A stretch of DNA of 64,000 bases. It comes from Basidiobolus meristosporus CBS 931.73. Lineage: Eukaryota > Fungi > Basidiobolomycota. The DNA lies in NCBI GenBank assembly GCA_002104905.1, contig MCFE01000297.1, positions 1 through 64,000 of the forward strand, in the 5' to 3' direction. The position numbers were made by a program, and so were the translations under genes. This document shows, piece after piece, positions 1 to 11,855 of the stretch. The notes under the pieces are model-generated. The model worked only from the letters and a program-made list of their open reading frames with translations, did not search any database and was not told the origin of the DNA. The stretch's first letter is position 1; each line of letters begins with the position of its first letter.

Positions 1-906
1 GAGACTTTTCTGATCAAGTGCAAGCTGACTGAAGAGCGACGCTTAGTGATTCTCATGATATGCATATTAGCTGATGATATTGTTCCAACTGCCCAAGTAG
101 ATATTTATGGAAACCAGCTTGTGTATTTCAGACTGGTTTGTCCTACACTCGCAATCAAGAGTCACTGTGGAATCAGGAGATGCGAGGTCAATAGCAAACA
201 GATGTATTCGAACCTTAATCCCATTGTTACTTGAGAACCACACTCTCTGATAAGAAATAGCGAACGGACCAAAATAATACAAATCACTCAGGAGAAAATT
301 ACGCCAATCTTCTCTACATCTAGCAACTTATCAATTTGTGGATCGAGTAAATCGTAATCACAATGGATCCTAAGTAACAATAGAGAGAGTCTACCTACTT
401 ACGAGTTCATCTAGATGAAGTTATAACTCCTGATTTCCATTAGACCGTTGAAGCAATATCATCAGTGAATATATAAATCAGTTGCATAAACTAGTAATAC
501 TCTTCGCTTCACCTGAAATGAGCATAAGTCACCCTCTTTCCTGGCATGTGTACCAAGAAGAAATGAAAGTGCTTCCAACTAGTGTGATACAATGTGTAAC
601 TAACCAATCCAAGATAGACCAAACGACAACATTCTTGAACAATGATACTAAAAATGCTGTTGTACTAATATGCCTCGTGTCCTCCAGTTGAAGTCCAACC
701 GCCTTACTATCGAGAAATCCTGCAAAGCATCCCGACCAGTTAATCTATTATCAGTATACGCTCAAAAACAATAATCGCACATAATGCTCGACTAGAACTC
801 AGCCGAATTCTACTTTATGCTAGCCATATATGGTAATCCTCACTGATCCCTAACCAAGAGAATTTTCGAGACGAGCTTCGTCAGCAGATTATTAAGCCAG
901 ATATCG

Positions 907-915
907 TATAAAAAG
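907..915 (+). promoter_or_regulatory. Possible TATA box of the OYE-like gene
   Basis: TATAAAAAG about 30 bp upstream of the ATG at 946; motif and position only. Confidence 0.3.
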
Positions 916-945
916 CACTTGTGGTGTGGAAGTTCATCATTGAGC

Positions 946-1871
946 ATGACGGTAACTCTGCAAAATAGCGCACAGTATATTCAGCTAGCTAACCCCACTC
1001 CTGGCACGGTGATGCCTACACATAATAGTCCAATTCCTGGCCTATTTAAGCCTTTGACCATTCGTAATATCACATTGAAGAACCGTATTGCCGTTGCACT
1101 TATGTGCACATTCAGCAATCCAACGATGAGTTCCATCCGACGCATCTAGGCCGATATGTCACCTACGGTGTTGGACTGATTATAGTGGAAGCAACAGCCA
1201 TTCTTACGAATGAAAGGTGAGCACATGGTTCAGATGAAAAGGGTTGTAGATTACATTCACTCAATGGCTGGTATCCAGGTTGGTCATGCAGGCCGGAAAG
1301 CATCCATCCCACCACCATTTATTGTCTGAAATGGTGACACTCACAGAAGGAATGAACACCCTCTCCCATTGGTTGGGATGAAGGTTGGGCACGAGATTAC
1401 ATTAAAATAAATAGACTCCGTTAAGCAAGACTTTGTTGATGCGGCTATCGGCGCAAACAAGATTGGTTACGATGTGCTTGAGTTCTTATCCCCACTAAGC
1501 AACCAGCGTACCGATCAGTACGGTGGTAGCTTTGAAAACTGCATTCGCCAAGTATGGCCAGCTGAGAAGCCCCTGTTCTTCCATATCTCCTCATATGAAT
1601 GGGTCGAGGGAGGTTGGTCAGCTGAAGACACTGGTCGATTTGCCAAGAAAATCTTGACTGCTCGACCGGAGGTAACATCTCAGCATAGAAAATTGCCGCC
1701 AAGCCCGGATATCAAATTCCATGTGCTGAGAAAGTTGAGCACGCAGTTCCGGGGATGCTCACAAGTGCTTGATTACAGAGCTCAATCATAGAAGACCCTA
1801 GATGGACACTCCATATGGTGGATGTCAACTGGCCCGCACAATATGGCTATTGTTCTAGACCTCGCCACTAA
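946..1871 (+). pseudogene. NADH:flavin oxidoreductase / old yellow enzyme (YqjM/NamA-like) pseudogene with frameshifts, stops and about ten short deletions
   Basis: Motifs spread over several frames: LFKPLTIRNITLKNRIAVALMC, GVGLIIVEATA, GIQVGHAGRKAS, DFVDAA..GYDVLE, FLSPLSNQRTDQYGGSFEN, DCSTGG, PGYQIP, RDPRW..VNWPAQY. The catalytic HxxHxY segment is missing; in-frame stops occur. Confidence 0.9.
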
Positions 1872-2118
1872 ACAAATCGCTAGAATATAAACATCTGATT
1901 TGATAATAAATACTGCTCGTTATATAATTCCTACATGTCAGCAGTTTATTGTGTGGCACCGGTAGTATCCATCAATGTCTACCACTCTTCACGAATAAAT
2001 ATAGCATTGGTAGCACTGTTGAATCAATACTTCGCCAATATTATTATCTATCAAGCAGCAACAATGCCTTTTTATTATTCTATTCATAGTTTCTACAGTG
2101 AATAAATACATCTTTTGG

Positions 2119-2383
2119 TTACTGACAATCTCCACTACCATTGCTACCGTTTCCATTACCGCCATTGCCATCTCCATTACCTCCACTACCGTTGTCAGAG
2201 CCGTAAACATCAGCTCCGTTACCACCACTTCCGTTGCCGCCATCTCCATTGCCACCATTTCCGTTGTTGCCATTACCATTTCCATCTCCATTTCCGCCGT
2301 TTCCGTTTCCATCGTTGCCAGAGTCATAAGCACCGACACCATTGCCATCTCCGTTATTGTCATTACCATTACCATTACCATCT
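2119..2383 (-). CDS. Gly/Asn/Asp-rich low-complexity terminal exon of an unidentified gene
   Basis: Open minus-strand frame DGNGNGNDNNGDGNGVGAYDSGNDGNGNGGNG...GDCQ* with varied synonymous codons, preceded by a CTAAACTAG acceptor-like site and ending in TAA at 2121-2119. The listed ORFs 1989-2381, 2098-2763 and 2115-2387 are shadows of this repeat. Confidence 0.55.
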
Positions 2384-3613
2384 CTAGTTTAGTTCAATCT
2401 AGCTCGCGCAAAGCTAAATGGCTAATATTAAGAATAGTCAGTCAACTAGTCAATCATACATCTTTCCTTCTTGCTTGTTCTGCCATTGTCTCTCTGCAAG
2501 CAGTCTCTGGTATCCCACTTGGTGAATGTCAAGTAACCTACGCTAATGAGCTGTGTGCAGAACAATTGGGAGCTCGCTATCAGAAAACTTTGGCCCCCAA
2601 CTATTCATCATATGAGGAGGAAGGTGATTCAGAAATGGGTTTGCAGTCTGGATTCCACGGGTTTGGTGCTTCCAATCTTCCATCCCAAGCCTTATCAGAC
2701 AATGTCAATGGGCATTCTTCCAGCAAAGCCAATGCATTGTCCAACTCAAACCAGTTTGATTGAGCGCAAGTTATTGACCAAACCCTGAACCAGCCTAAGC
2801 AGCAACAGCCCCAAATCATCATTGCTCAGCCAGCAGCTTGTGTGCTTAGAGGGGGGGGGTATAAAGAGTATAAGAGGGCCACTTGTTGCCACTTCAAGAT
2901 TAGATATTTCAGTGGACACAGATATCAGGCTCAATAATAGTATTAAACTCAGCTAGTTAAAAAGGACTTGAAACTCATATTCTTCAATGGTGATGAATCT
3001 TATGGATTGCCATTCCAGCTGAGCTACATTGTCTACTATACAAGTAGTAGTAACCATCAAGAACTGGACTTATTGCAATAGTATCAAAGTTTGTAGCATT
3101 TATATAAGACATATTCAGATGCTTGATGCTGGATAAACTAGGCAATTCAAACATTTAGAATGGGATCTAAGTGAGTTAAGTTGATGCCTAACTTGGAATT
3201 CCAGCACGTCAAACTCCTGGGTTCTTCCTAATCATACTTGAGGTTCCTCCTGTGATTGTATTTGTCTACTGAAGACTGCCAAATAGTTCATCCCTTAAAT
3301 CCTAGGCAAAGTGGGTATTTGCTATTTTTAGTGGGAATAGCCAATCACTATGCATGACCTCTGCTGTTTTGATCACAAGTCCTAATTGGACTTGAATATG
3401 CAAAATTTGCTATTTTTGGAGACCTGTCATGCACAATAATATGGCTTTACTAAGAAACCCACATTTTACAGTCCTTTGGCTTTGTAGAAAGTCCCAAGAC
3501 ATCACAGATATTTTGCTAATTCCTTGCATTATGTAACATGCCAAACAATAAGTTGTATTTATATAGTCCAAATTTCAACTTACCTGACAATAGATATCAG
3601 AAAACCTTCAATA

Positions 3614-4510
3614 ATGTTGAGCCAAGTGACTTTCCAAAGCCAAGGAATCAAGGATGCTGGAAACCTTTACTGCCCAGAGAATGCTGAGCCAAAAAAGCAT
3701 GCCACTGTTGTCATTGGTCATCATGGTGGTGGAGTGAAGGAACAGACTGCTGGCCTTTACACCAAAGAATTGGCCAAGCTTGGATTCATCATCCTGACAT
3801 TCAATGTTGCTTATCAAGGAGAGAGTGAGGGCCTTCCCAGATATGTGAAAGATTCCAATCAGAGAGCAAAGAACTTCAAAGGTGCCAAGTCCTACCTCAC
3901 CACCTTAGATGAAGTTGACTCCAAGAGAATTGGCGCATTAGGCATCTGTGATTCTGGAGGGTATGCAATCTATGCCACACAAACTGATGTTTGCATCAAG
4001 GCTGTGGCTGGGATCAACTCTGCAGATGTTAGTGAGTTGTGGAGAAGAGGCATAAATGGCAGTCTTTCATTTGAGGACCTGCAAAAGGTCTTACAAGAGT
4101 CAACTAGACAAAGAACAAGAAACAATAGAGGCCAAGGGCAAGGAGCCATACAAGAGCAACTGAGTGCCAAAGACTGCTGAAGATGCTGCAGCCTTGCAGC
4201 CTTGCAGTCTCTGCAGGGAAGTATAGAGCTACTACCTCACTCCACATGTGCAGCACACACTTGTATGAGTAAGCTGATGCAATTTTTGGCCTTCAAATAT
4301 GTGCACCTGATCTCCCAACCTCTAATACAGTGGGAATAGATGCCAACACCAGGTACCTGAGTGAGAATGCCATTGGAAAGGCCAAGGAGGCAAAAGAGCT
4401 GTTCCTTGTTGATTGAGCCTCACATATTGATCTTTGCAATGTTCCTCAGCATGCCAACCCAATTGTGCAGGAGATCAGCCAGTGCTTTACTCAGTATGTA
4501 CAAATTAATC
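3614..4510 (+). pseudogene. Alpha/beta-hydrolase (YcjY-like / dienelactone hydrolase-related) pseudogene
   Basis: VVIGHHGGGVKEQTAGLY, FNVAYQGESEGLPR, RIGALGICDSGGYA (nucleophile elbow); C-terminal KAKEAKELFLVD*ASHIDL in another frame. Frameshift near 4130, internal stops, G-to-A type substitutions. End approximate. Confidence 0.85.
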
Positions 4511-4559
4511 ACAAGTACATCAGTTGTTTAAATATAAGTTTATGAAGGCAAACCTTGAT

Positions 4560-6530
4560 TGATGCTTACTTGCCATGATCTCAATAATACAAATAAATCA
4601 GCTGTGTATGTAAACAACCAAATACTCTGCAACATTGAATGGGCAATTGTAAGCCAATAAATGAAAACAGCCTGATGGCACTATGATTTGTTGCACCTTC
4701 TGCAGTACCAGTAAACATAGGGAATTTACCTATCAGATATTGAATTCCCATTTTTCCTTTGCATGTTAATTGCAAGCCTTTAAGACCAAAGTTAAGAATT
4801 TGCAACATCCAAAATCTAGAGATTTTAGGTGAAATGTTAGGTCTACAGCACAAATGGTTCAGCTTAGCCAAAGGCATATGTTCATTGATAGGCACCGTTG
4901 ACCAGGCATCCTATGCTGATCATGATGAAGTAATGAGCTGTGTGAGTTGATGTCTGTTGCTACAACATCCACTTTATTGATTGTGGTGGCATATTGTTTG
5001 GCTTTCTTATTTTAACAGTCAAGTTAATGGCTATTTACCAGAGCTTCAGCAATGTAACAACCATCATGCAATGACACTCAACAATTATATCCATGGGTGC
5101 ATCAGTACTCACCAATAATCAATAAATTAACTCAGATAATGACAGGTTATTCATTATATCTGTATGACTATGGTGGCAAGTGACTGATCCCGGATTCAGA
5201 TGCTGCTCTAAGGCTGTGGCAAGCTGAATTTGGCAATATGTATGTGCAGGCAGCAAAACAAGTAGGCATAGCTCTCTTGAACTGCAATTCCAATGGACAG
5301 CACATTGTAGGCCATGAAAGGATAACCCTAACAAACACTTCACTTGATGACAGAACCTGGATCCCAAGAGGCTTGTAGATAAAGCTCATTGGAGATATCA
5401 ACTCCTTTGATCAAACTTTTGTTCAAGTGCGCTACACAGATAAGAATGGGAAAACACACCTGGGAGAAATCAACTGTGGCAATGTTGGAGTCTACAAGTA
5501 GTGAAAATACTGTCAATACTCCATCTGAACTATCAAATGTTGTAGCATAGTTATTGCACAATGCAAATGAAGTGATAAACTATGTTTAGCTTTTATAGTT
5601 ACAAATAGCCAATTAAATATACACTCAAGACAACCCTATAGCTTTAAATGGCACTATAGAGCTCACATTGTGATGGTTTATTAGCAAACAGCTACTTGAG
5701 AACTCATACTTTGCTCAAGACAGCTCACTAGCCCAGACTGACACAACAATATTGAAATATACCAAGATGCCATTAAGCAAGAGTACAAGCCAAGTCACTA
5801 GTAAGATGCTGTTAATCCTGCAAGTACTGTACAGTAGAGTCATTTGAGGGGATACATGTGCCAACAAAAAATGAATTGATTCTTGTTATGACTGTATTAG
5901 CTTAGCCCAAGCTGCAACAAATCTAACTTGGTGATAAATATTAGTATGTTGGCAAATAGTAAGCACAATATACCTTAAGCAACACTACTACCAATGTCCC
6001 ATTTTATCTGGGTGTGTGATAGGTGTACTGTCTGAGACATTTACCTTAGCAATGTAATCAAGTCACCAAAAGGGACACATAACTCTCACCAGAGATGTTG
6101 ACTCTTTTGGCCAACATGATGTCAAGGCAAGCTACACCAATGCGGAAGGAAAGGTACACTCCATACAAATTAATCAAAATGGCCTCGGAGTCTATGGACA
6201 GTAGCTTGTAAAGAATGGTACCATGAGAACCATGAACATTCAGTGAGGTTGCCATCACAATAACTTTGTTAATATAACAAAACTCACTTTGTGCCTTCCT
6301 CTAAGCCATTTGAGATAGGCCACCATGCTAAGTAGTATTTCATGCCATCACCAACAGATGATGGCATGGCTTCAGAATCATGGATATGTCAGTGAAAGCT
6401 TCAATGGATAATATACTATCCAACCAACTTTTGTGCACTTAGAGTATCCTAGTATGTAACCAATCTGGTTAAGCTCTTGTCCATGTACAGCCCTGTTGAT
6501 GTGCACTCTGAGGGTCTAACTATTTGCACT
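4560..6530 (-). mobile_element. Highly decayed coding-like remnant, possibly KDZ (Kyakuja-Dileera-Zisupton) transposase
   Basis: Weak minus-strand motifs: CPQC-like near 6510, GVAC.DI..VNISGE.Y near 6120, AGLG..D..E-like near 5910. Requires frameshifts; no termini found. Confidence 0.3.
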
Positions 6531-6884
6531 AATCATATGACTTTTTTAGCAAGAATATATCTAATTTCTTATTAGAATTATTAACTTGTTTGGCTATAAG
6601 CTCAGCACTTGCCACATGTACAATATCCTAGAAAGCTCACCATATAATGTGCTAATTCAGTGCTTGGATTGCCACCAATGATAGAGTACATAGTCCTAAC
6701 TACTATTTGAGCAAGTAATCAATGCCTCTAACAGCAAAATTTGCACTTTGCCACTAATCAATAATTATATGTGCTGGTCACATTAGTCAAACTGCACTGT
6801 AGGAAGCATTAGTCAATCAATAAGCTGCAATCTGGAGTATTATATGGCAGAACTTTATATTAACTCCTTTTAAATTTTCATAGT

Positions 6885-7500
6885 CTAAGCACTGGCATCA
6901 GCTATGGTATAAAATTGATTATCTGCTATGAGTAGCACTATAATGCACAGTAAGCAAAGCTGGTAAAAGTGCTCTTTGTGGTGATATAGATCAACTTCTG
7001 CTACATTGAGTGGCTTAAAATTGACCAAGTTGGCTGTAAGTATTTCCACTTTTGGAGAATTGCAATTAATACCCATACTGGAAGTGCCTGTAGATGTTTA
7101 CAAGCTACATCTCTCTTAGCCATTATAGCTTTGAGGGCTTTCACTTCACCTCTTCAGCCCTCCAGCAATACTGAAGTGTAATATTATTGCTAGATGAGCC
7201 TACTTGTCAAGCACACGCTAGCTTTACACTACTCAGGCTTAACAAGGGCCTAAAACATGTAGCTATACTTACAGATGGAGCTTATCAGCTCTTCCTCTAT
7301 CCAAAACTAGTAAAAAATCTTAGTTTACTGATCAAGAGTTGAAGGGTATTTTTTCCAGTTTTGTCAATTGGTAGGTATTACTATATTGCAGTGTACTTCT
7401 AATACCACACTAAATCAAGATAAGCTCATTGAGTGCTGATGGAGAAAGCAATTGTCATTAAGCTCTGTGCTTCTCACCTGGAATACTCATCTCAGGCATT
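6885..7500 (-). mobile_element. Possible LINE reverse-transcriptase remnant
   Basis: Minus strand shows NNITL (possibly decayed DDITL) followed by MGINCNSPKVEIL, resembling the YADD and G..IN..K.E.L blocks; very degenerate. Confidence 0.25.
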
Positions 7501-7589
7501 GATTATTACTTGGAAGGCCATCAGCACAGGTCAATGGATGTGTATTTCTACCATATTGTTAAAATAGTAAGCATGCTGTAGAGATGCCA

Positions 7590-7759
7590 TAGTCATACCA
7601 ACTGATCCTCATATTTTCTATTTCCCTATTTTATCACTACCATTATTTTGGTTTTATCCCATCTACCTACCTGAACAGTACTATGCCATAAGCTGGCTGA
7701 CTTTCACACCTGCCTATTTTATTGCATAAATTATTTTACAGTTCATGTATGATCACTAT
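7590..7759 (+). mobile_element. Old fragment of a family-A-related LTR
   Basis: Aligns by eye to the 5' part of the solo LTR at 24676 (ctgaacagtactat...cacctgc...ttattgcata). Confidence 0.55.
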
Positions 7760-7850
7760 AGACTTGTTCTGCTGGATGGTGCCACATAGCACCAGCTTGT
7801 TTATAGTACCAGATTGATCCAGCACTTTATGGCACCATCTGGCACTAATA
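7760..7850 (+). mobile_element. Truncated left end of an AGACTTGTTC-type MITE
   Basis: Begins AGACTTGTTCTGCTGGATGGTGCCAC and carries TGGCAC motifs; no matching right end. Confidence 0.6.
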
Positions 7851-8098
7851 TCTCTACCACCATGCTAGTGTAGGATGCAGTTTCTGGTAATTTTACTCAA
7901 TCTTACTTATGTTGCACCAAAAAATGCTTTTCTTGCTTCATTTACTCTTGATAGTGCTCCATATACTTTTCTCTCAGTGGACATCTTCTTGTATAAGTAT
8001 AACATGCATTAATAAGTATTGTAACTATTTTACCTATTCTGCTGTTTTCTCCTATATACAACTTACCTCTGCATTGACCTGCCCATATGCTGAGTCTA

Positions 8099-10898
8099 CC
8101 CAATGAAAAGTAATTTGGCCATCTGGGTAAATCTGATCCAGATCAGCCATCAAGATCCTGTCAGGAGACCGCTCTAATACCAGCAGCTGGGAATTAATGA
8201 CCATCTACACAATTGTGTGACAGGATCACAACAGCTTTTGCTATTTTTATAGCTTAATGAAGTTGATAAAATATAGCAATGTTTGTGCAGTGTTTGCCAT
8301 GGGGTGGCATAGCATAGTTGCAGTTTTAGTGCACTTTGCAGCTATTTTAGTGCATCTAACAGGTCAGTACATCCAGTTGCCTATATGGCAAGAAACTTGA
8401 CAGCATTTTAATGTCCTCTTTGCAAGCCTTTGATGGCATTATCATGGCAGTATGGTGGCCCACAGCTAGTTCTGTATAATGCTACTGTACCAATTTACCA
8501 AACAGTATTTCCTTTTTCTAACTCCCCTTGCCCAATTCATATATTCCACTGTAGAACCACCCCTCTTTATTTGCTTACCCACTACTACCTTGGGTGTTCC
8601 ACATATAGTTTGAATCAAAAGATACTATGGCCTCCTGCTTACTAACCTCTACAATTGCACACACCTGCCACAGTTGACACACTTCTGTCACTTCAACTTT
8701 ATGGCTTTTTAGTGTGAATCTTGCAAAGTTGCCATTTACCTTGTATTGCTGGTAACATATACATCTTGCAAACATATGCTTGGCTGCCACCACTTCTGCC
8801 ATGAATACCTCCTGAATATCTGTAAAGAACTTTGTGGTATTTAGCCAATATATTCCTTCTCACTGCTGGATTCTGGTCCCTCTTATAGGTGTGCTCTGGC
8901 TATTGTTTGCAGGAATTCCATATTAAATGGTGTCAAAGTTGGAATATGACTAAGAGAAATCTGGCATACCTTGGTAGAGTTTTCCTAATAAAAATTAGTT
9001 GCTTATTGCACCTAACCCACCTTTGCATTACTTAACTGATTACCCATTTATTGGGCTGCTTAGCTTCTTAATACCATAGGCATAGATGTCTCCATGTGCA
9101 CATATGTCCTGAGTATCTTCCAACTCTTCCTGGCTGCCCTCCATGTGCCAACTCATCACATCCATGACAGACTTGAGGGTAATATTCTTGATGACATTGT
9201 AATATGGTAGTACCTGCAACTTGACTTGTCTTCCAATCTCCCTCACATCTGCTCCATAGGAAACTCCCAAAAGGTGAAGCAAGGTCCAATATTCTCAACA
9301 AACCAAGCAAGAAGGAGTAGCAAATGAATACAGTAGTAGCAGAGATCTATGCATTCAGCTTTATATTTGTAGTATAGCTGCCCAAATCCTGTTACAAGCT
9401 CTTTGCACAAAGGCTGTAGATGTGTCAAGTTGGTGTTGGTGATCTGCTTCTGGATAAATATTCTTACAATGTCCACATATGACTCCTAATGCTTCCAATG
9501 TACTCATGGTTGAAGTGACCTCAGAAGGCCATTTGAATAAATACATATCCAGCTCATCCAGTCCTTGCACTTGTATTGTTGCTTATATGTATGAATGCTG
9601 ATTGGAACCTATGGGAAGCATTGTGGGCAGTGCATACTCTAATATCTTGCCAATTCTTTCATATTTTGCTAGTATCTCAAAGGGCTCATTTAGCTTGAAA
9701 TGCCTCATGTGCAACTTGGTCATCAGTATAGGGGTATTGTTGTTGAATAGAAAATGCATTGCTGCTGGTGGAAAGCTATTGCTCCAACAAATACCTTCTA
9801 TCTTAAGTATCTCTGGTTTTCAACTAATTCCATATTCCAGACAATGGCTTATAGCTTTCCAACTTTGCTGCAATTGCATGCTGACTTCTGTACATTCTCT
9901 CTGTGGAAAGATGATAGTCTTAGTGCTGGTGCTTGGGTAATAATAATGTGTGTGAATTATGGAGAAAAGCCCCCAGATATCACACATTCAACAGCAATAC
10001 CATTCATTGTGCCCAGAAAAACCTGCTATCTTGCTGATGGCTGGGGTATCTCTAATGCATAATAATAATACGCACTTTTACATGATGGTCATTTACTGTT
10101 ATCCGGCTTAAAAGCATAAAAATTTCATCCAGCAATGAATACAGGTAGCTATGCAGGTTGGATAGTGATTTAGGCCCAGATACCAGTGAGACTACCATCA
10201 TAGTATTGCTTTGATACTATAAGATGGGCAGCAGATTCAGATTGACAAGAATCAGTGGCCAGCAGGATTTGCTGGAAGCCTACTTGTTTAATGAGAACCC
10301 ATCAAGTGCTAAAGCAAAGGTATGCTAATACATACCTTCAAAGTAGCCCTTGCTTCTTAGCTGTTTTTAATGTTTGCCATCAATATATATCAGATATGTC
10401 TGGACTTGATTGATACTGAGTGCAGTGCTCTATAGCTTTGAAATACTTGTTGGACTGCATCAGCTTCCTCAAATGAGGTATTACTGGAATATATCTGGAG
10501 TGTGAACAAAGTTTTCCCTCAATGGTGGTAAATTCCTGACAATTTGGACACATTGCAATGGTAGCATATTTTGATCTTAATACCATGGAACTGTTGACAC
10601 ATGCTGGAATCAGAACAGTCTCTGGATCACATGTTGCCAGCCACATGATAGTTGTCCACTTGCACCATGTATATGGTAAGTTGAGTCCTGGAATGATTTT
10701 GGCAAGAAGTGGTAATAAGTCCTCAAAGCCCCATGACTGATATCTGGGGAATCATGCCACTTCTCTAGCCACAACATTACATCATTCACCAGTAGATGGA
10801 ATACTGGGCTCACTTGGCTCCATAAAGTATCCTTATCCTTTGTTTCAATGGGTGTTGTCTCATTGCATACTGGGATTGGACTGGGCTCATATGCTGGA
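8099..10898 (-). mobile_element. CACTA/EnSpm (CMC) DNA transposon copy A: transposase-side TIR plus decayed Transposase_21 (Tnp2)/DUF4218-type gene
   Basis: Starts CCCAATGAAAAGTAATTTGG. Minus-strand motifs CPNCQE, DIYDGKH, FALALDGF, SCWPLILVNLNL, GPKS, DTPAISKIAGFSGHN, HLLLL...ENIGPCFTFWEFPME. Many stops. Confidence 0.85.
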
Positions 10899-11715
10899 TG
10901 ACCATCTTGGTTTCATAACCCTCCTATCCTACTACCATAAGAGGCAACCACATGACAAAGGGGTTTCATATTACCACTACCTGATTGGCTATGTGCTACT
11001 ATGTCTCATGGAACAATCTGCCAAGAATTTGCGCTATTTTTAGTACACAATGACATGATTGGCTGTCTACTACCTTCTGGAAACTTCCAGAAAGTATTTT
11101 ATAGCAAGAAATTGAGCAGCAATAAAGTATATAAGGGAGGCTATCCCTTAAAATAAATCATCCCTCTTCCAATATTCCAACTTATTGAATAGTGAGATCA
11201 CTGCTACCTAATACCACTATTTTCTGACTCAGATCTGACAACATTCCCAGGAAACTGCGTTGTCAGCCAACTGACCTTGGAGGCACTACTTGTGAGGAAT
11301 ACTCAGAGTAGGTATATTTTATTATATTTGTTTGTTTTCCCAAGATTGTTCTTGTACAGGCAAAGATACTTTTCAGTCTTTGTAACTATTGGTCAAAGCT
11401 GCATTCTTATCAAGTCCCTGTTGGTGGAGTTTACAGTTGTTTTGACTTTGGAAGCTTTAGTACATTGTTATCTCAAAGGACGTCAAAGCCATTATACACT
11501 TTTGTTAAGATGCCAACTAGGTTTGGGATTGTAGTTCAATAGTTTTCCCTTGACAAGCTTAAGGCTTTATCCCTCATCACATTAGATTAGACAAAAGACC
11601 CAGTATTCCTAGCAAGCTTTTGCCAGAGGTTATTGCACCCAGTGAACACCCCACACACATTCACACTTGAGAAGTGTTGGCCGTATTTTGCCCTTTGGAC
11701 TTATACACCACCACA
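10899..11715 (+). repeat. 5' LTR (5'-truncated) of Gypsy A
   Basis: Matches 17750-18565 with long identical tracts; ends CACCACCACA. Confidence 0.95.
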
Positions 11716-11719
11716 TAAT

Positions 11720-11736
11720 TGGCACCCAACATGGGG
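11720..11736 (+). promoter_or_regulatory. Primer-binding site, tRNA-Lys(CUU) type, with both CpGs decayed
   Basis: TGGCACCCAACATGGGG versus the known Lys1,2 PBS TGGCGCCCAACGTGGGG; lies 4 nt after the LTR end. Confidence 0.85.
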
Positions 11737-11855
11737 GGTTCATACAAGCTCCCTAGGACCCAACAAGATTTACCTGAAGATTTGAGCCATCACCCATTTA
11801 TTGAAACAAGACTACCAATATTATCAAGACTACAACACCAACCTACCTACGCAAA

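Noticed and set aside
1-900. Possible intron-containing gene end in the CpG-normal region
   Set aside because: Splice-like signals exist (e.g. TACTAAT...CCAG near 663-687), but no consistent reading frame or recognisable protein could be built on either strand.
2098-2763. 221-aa plus-strand ORF, including a signal-peptide-like stretch SFLLACSAIVSLQAVSG near 2460
   Set aside because: The first half is the antisense shadow of the Gly/Asn repeat; the second half has no in-frame ATG and no recognisable family, so it cannot be supported as a gene.
2960-3500. Tc1/IS630-like remnant (IFFNGDES)
   Set aside because: Single weak motif, no further DDE residues or TIRs found.
4560-7560. Autonomous PIF/Harbinger transposase for the hairpin MITEs
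   Set aside because: No IDG.H / GD.GY / R..VE..FG motifs or AGACTTGTTCC-bounded coding region recognised here or elsewhere in the window.
11277-11534. ORF MEALLVRNTQ..., repeated at 18128-18358
   Set aside because: It lies within the LTRs, is not kept open in the more diverged LTR copies, and has no protein-like features.
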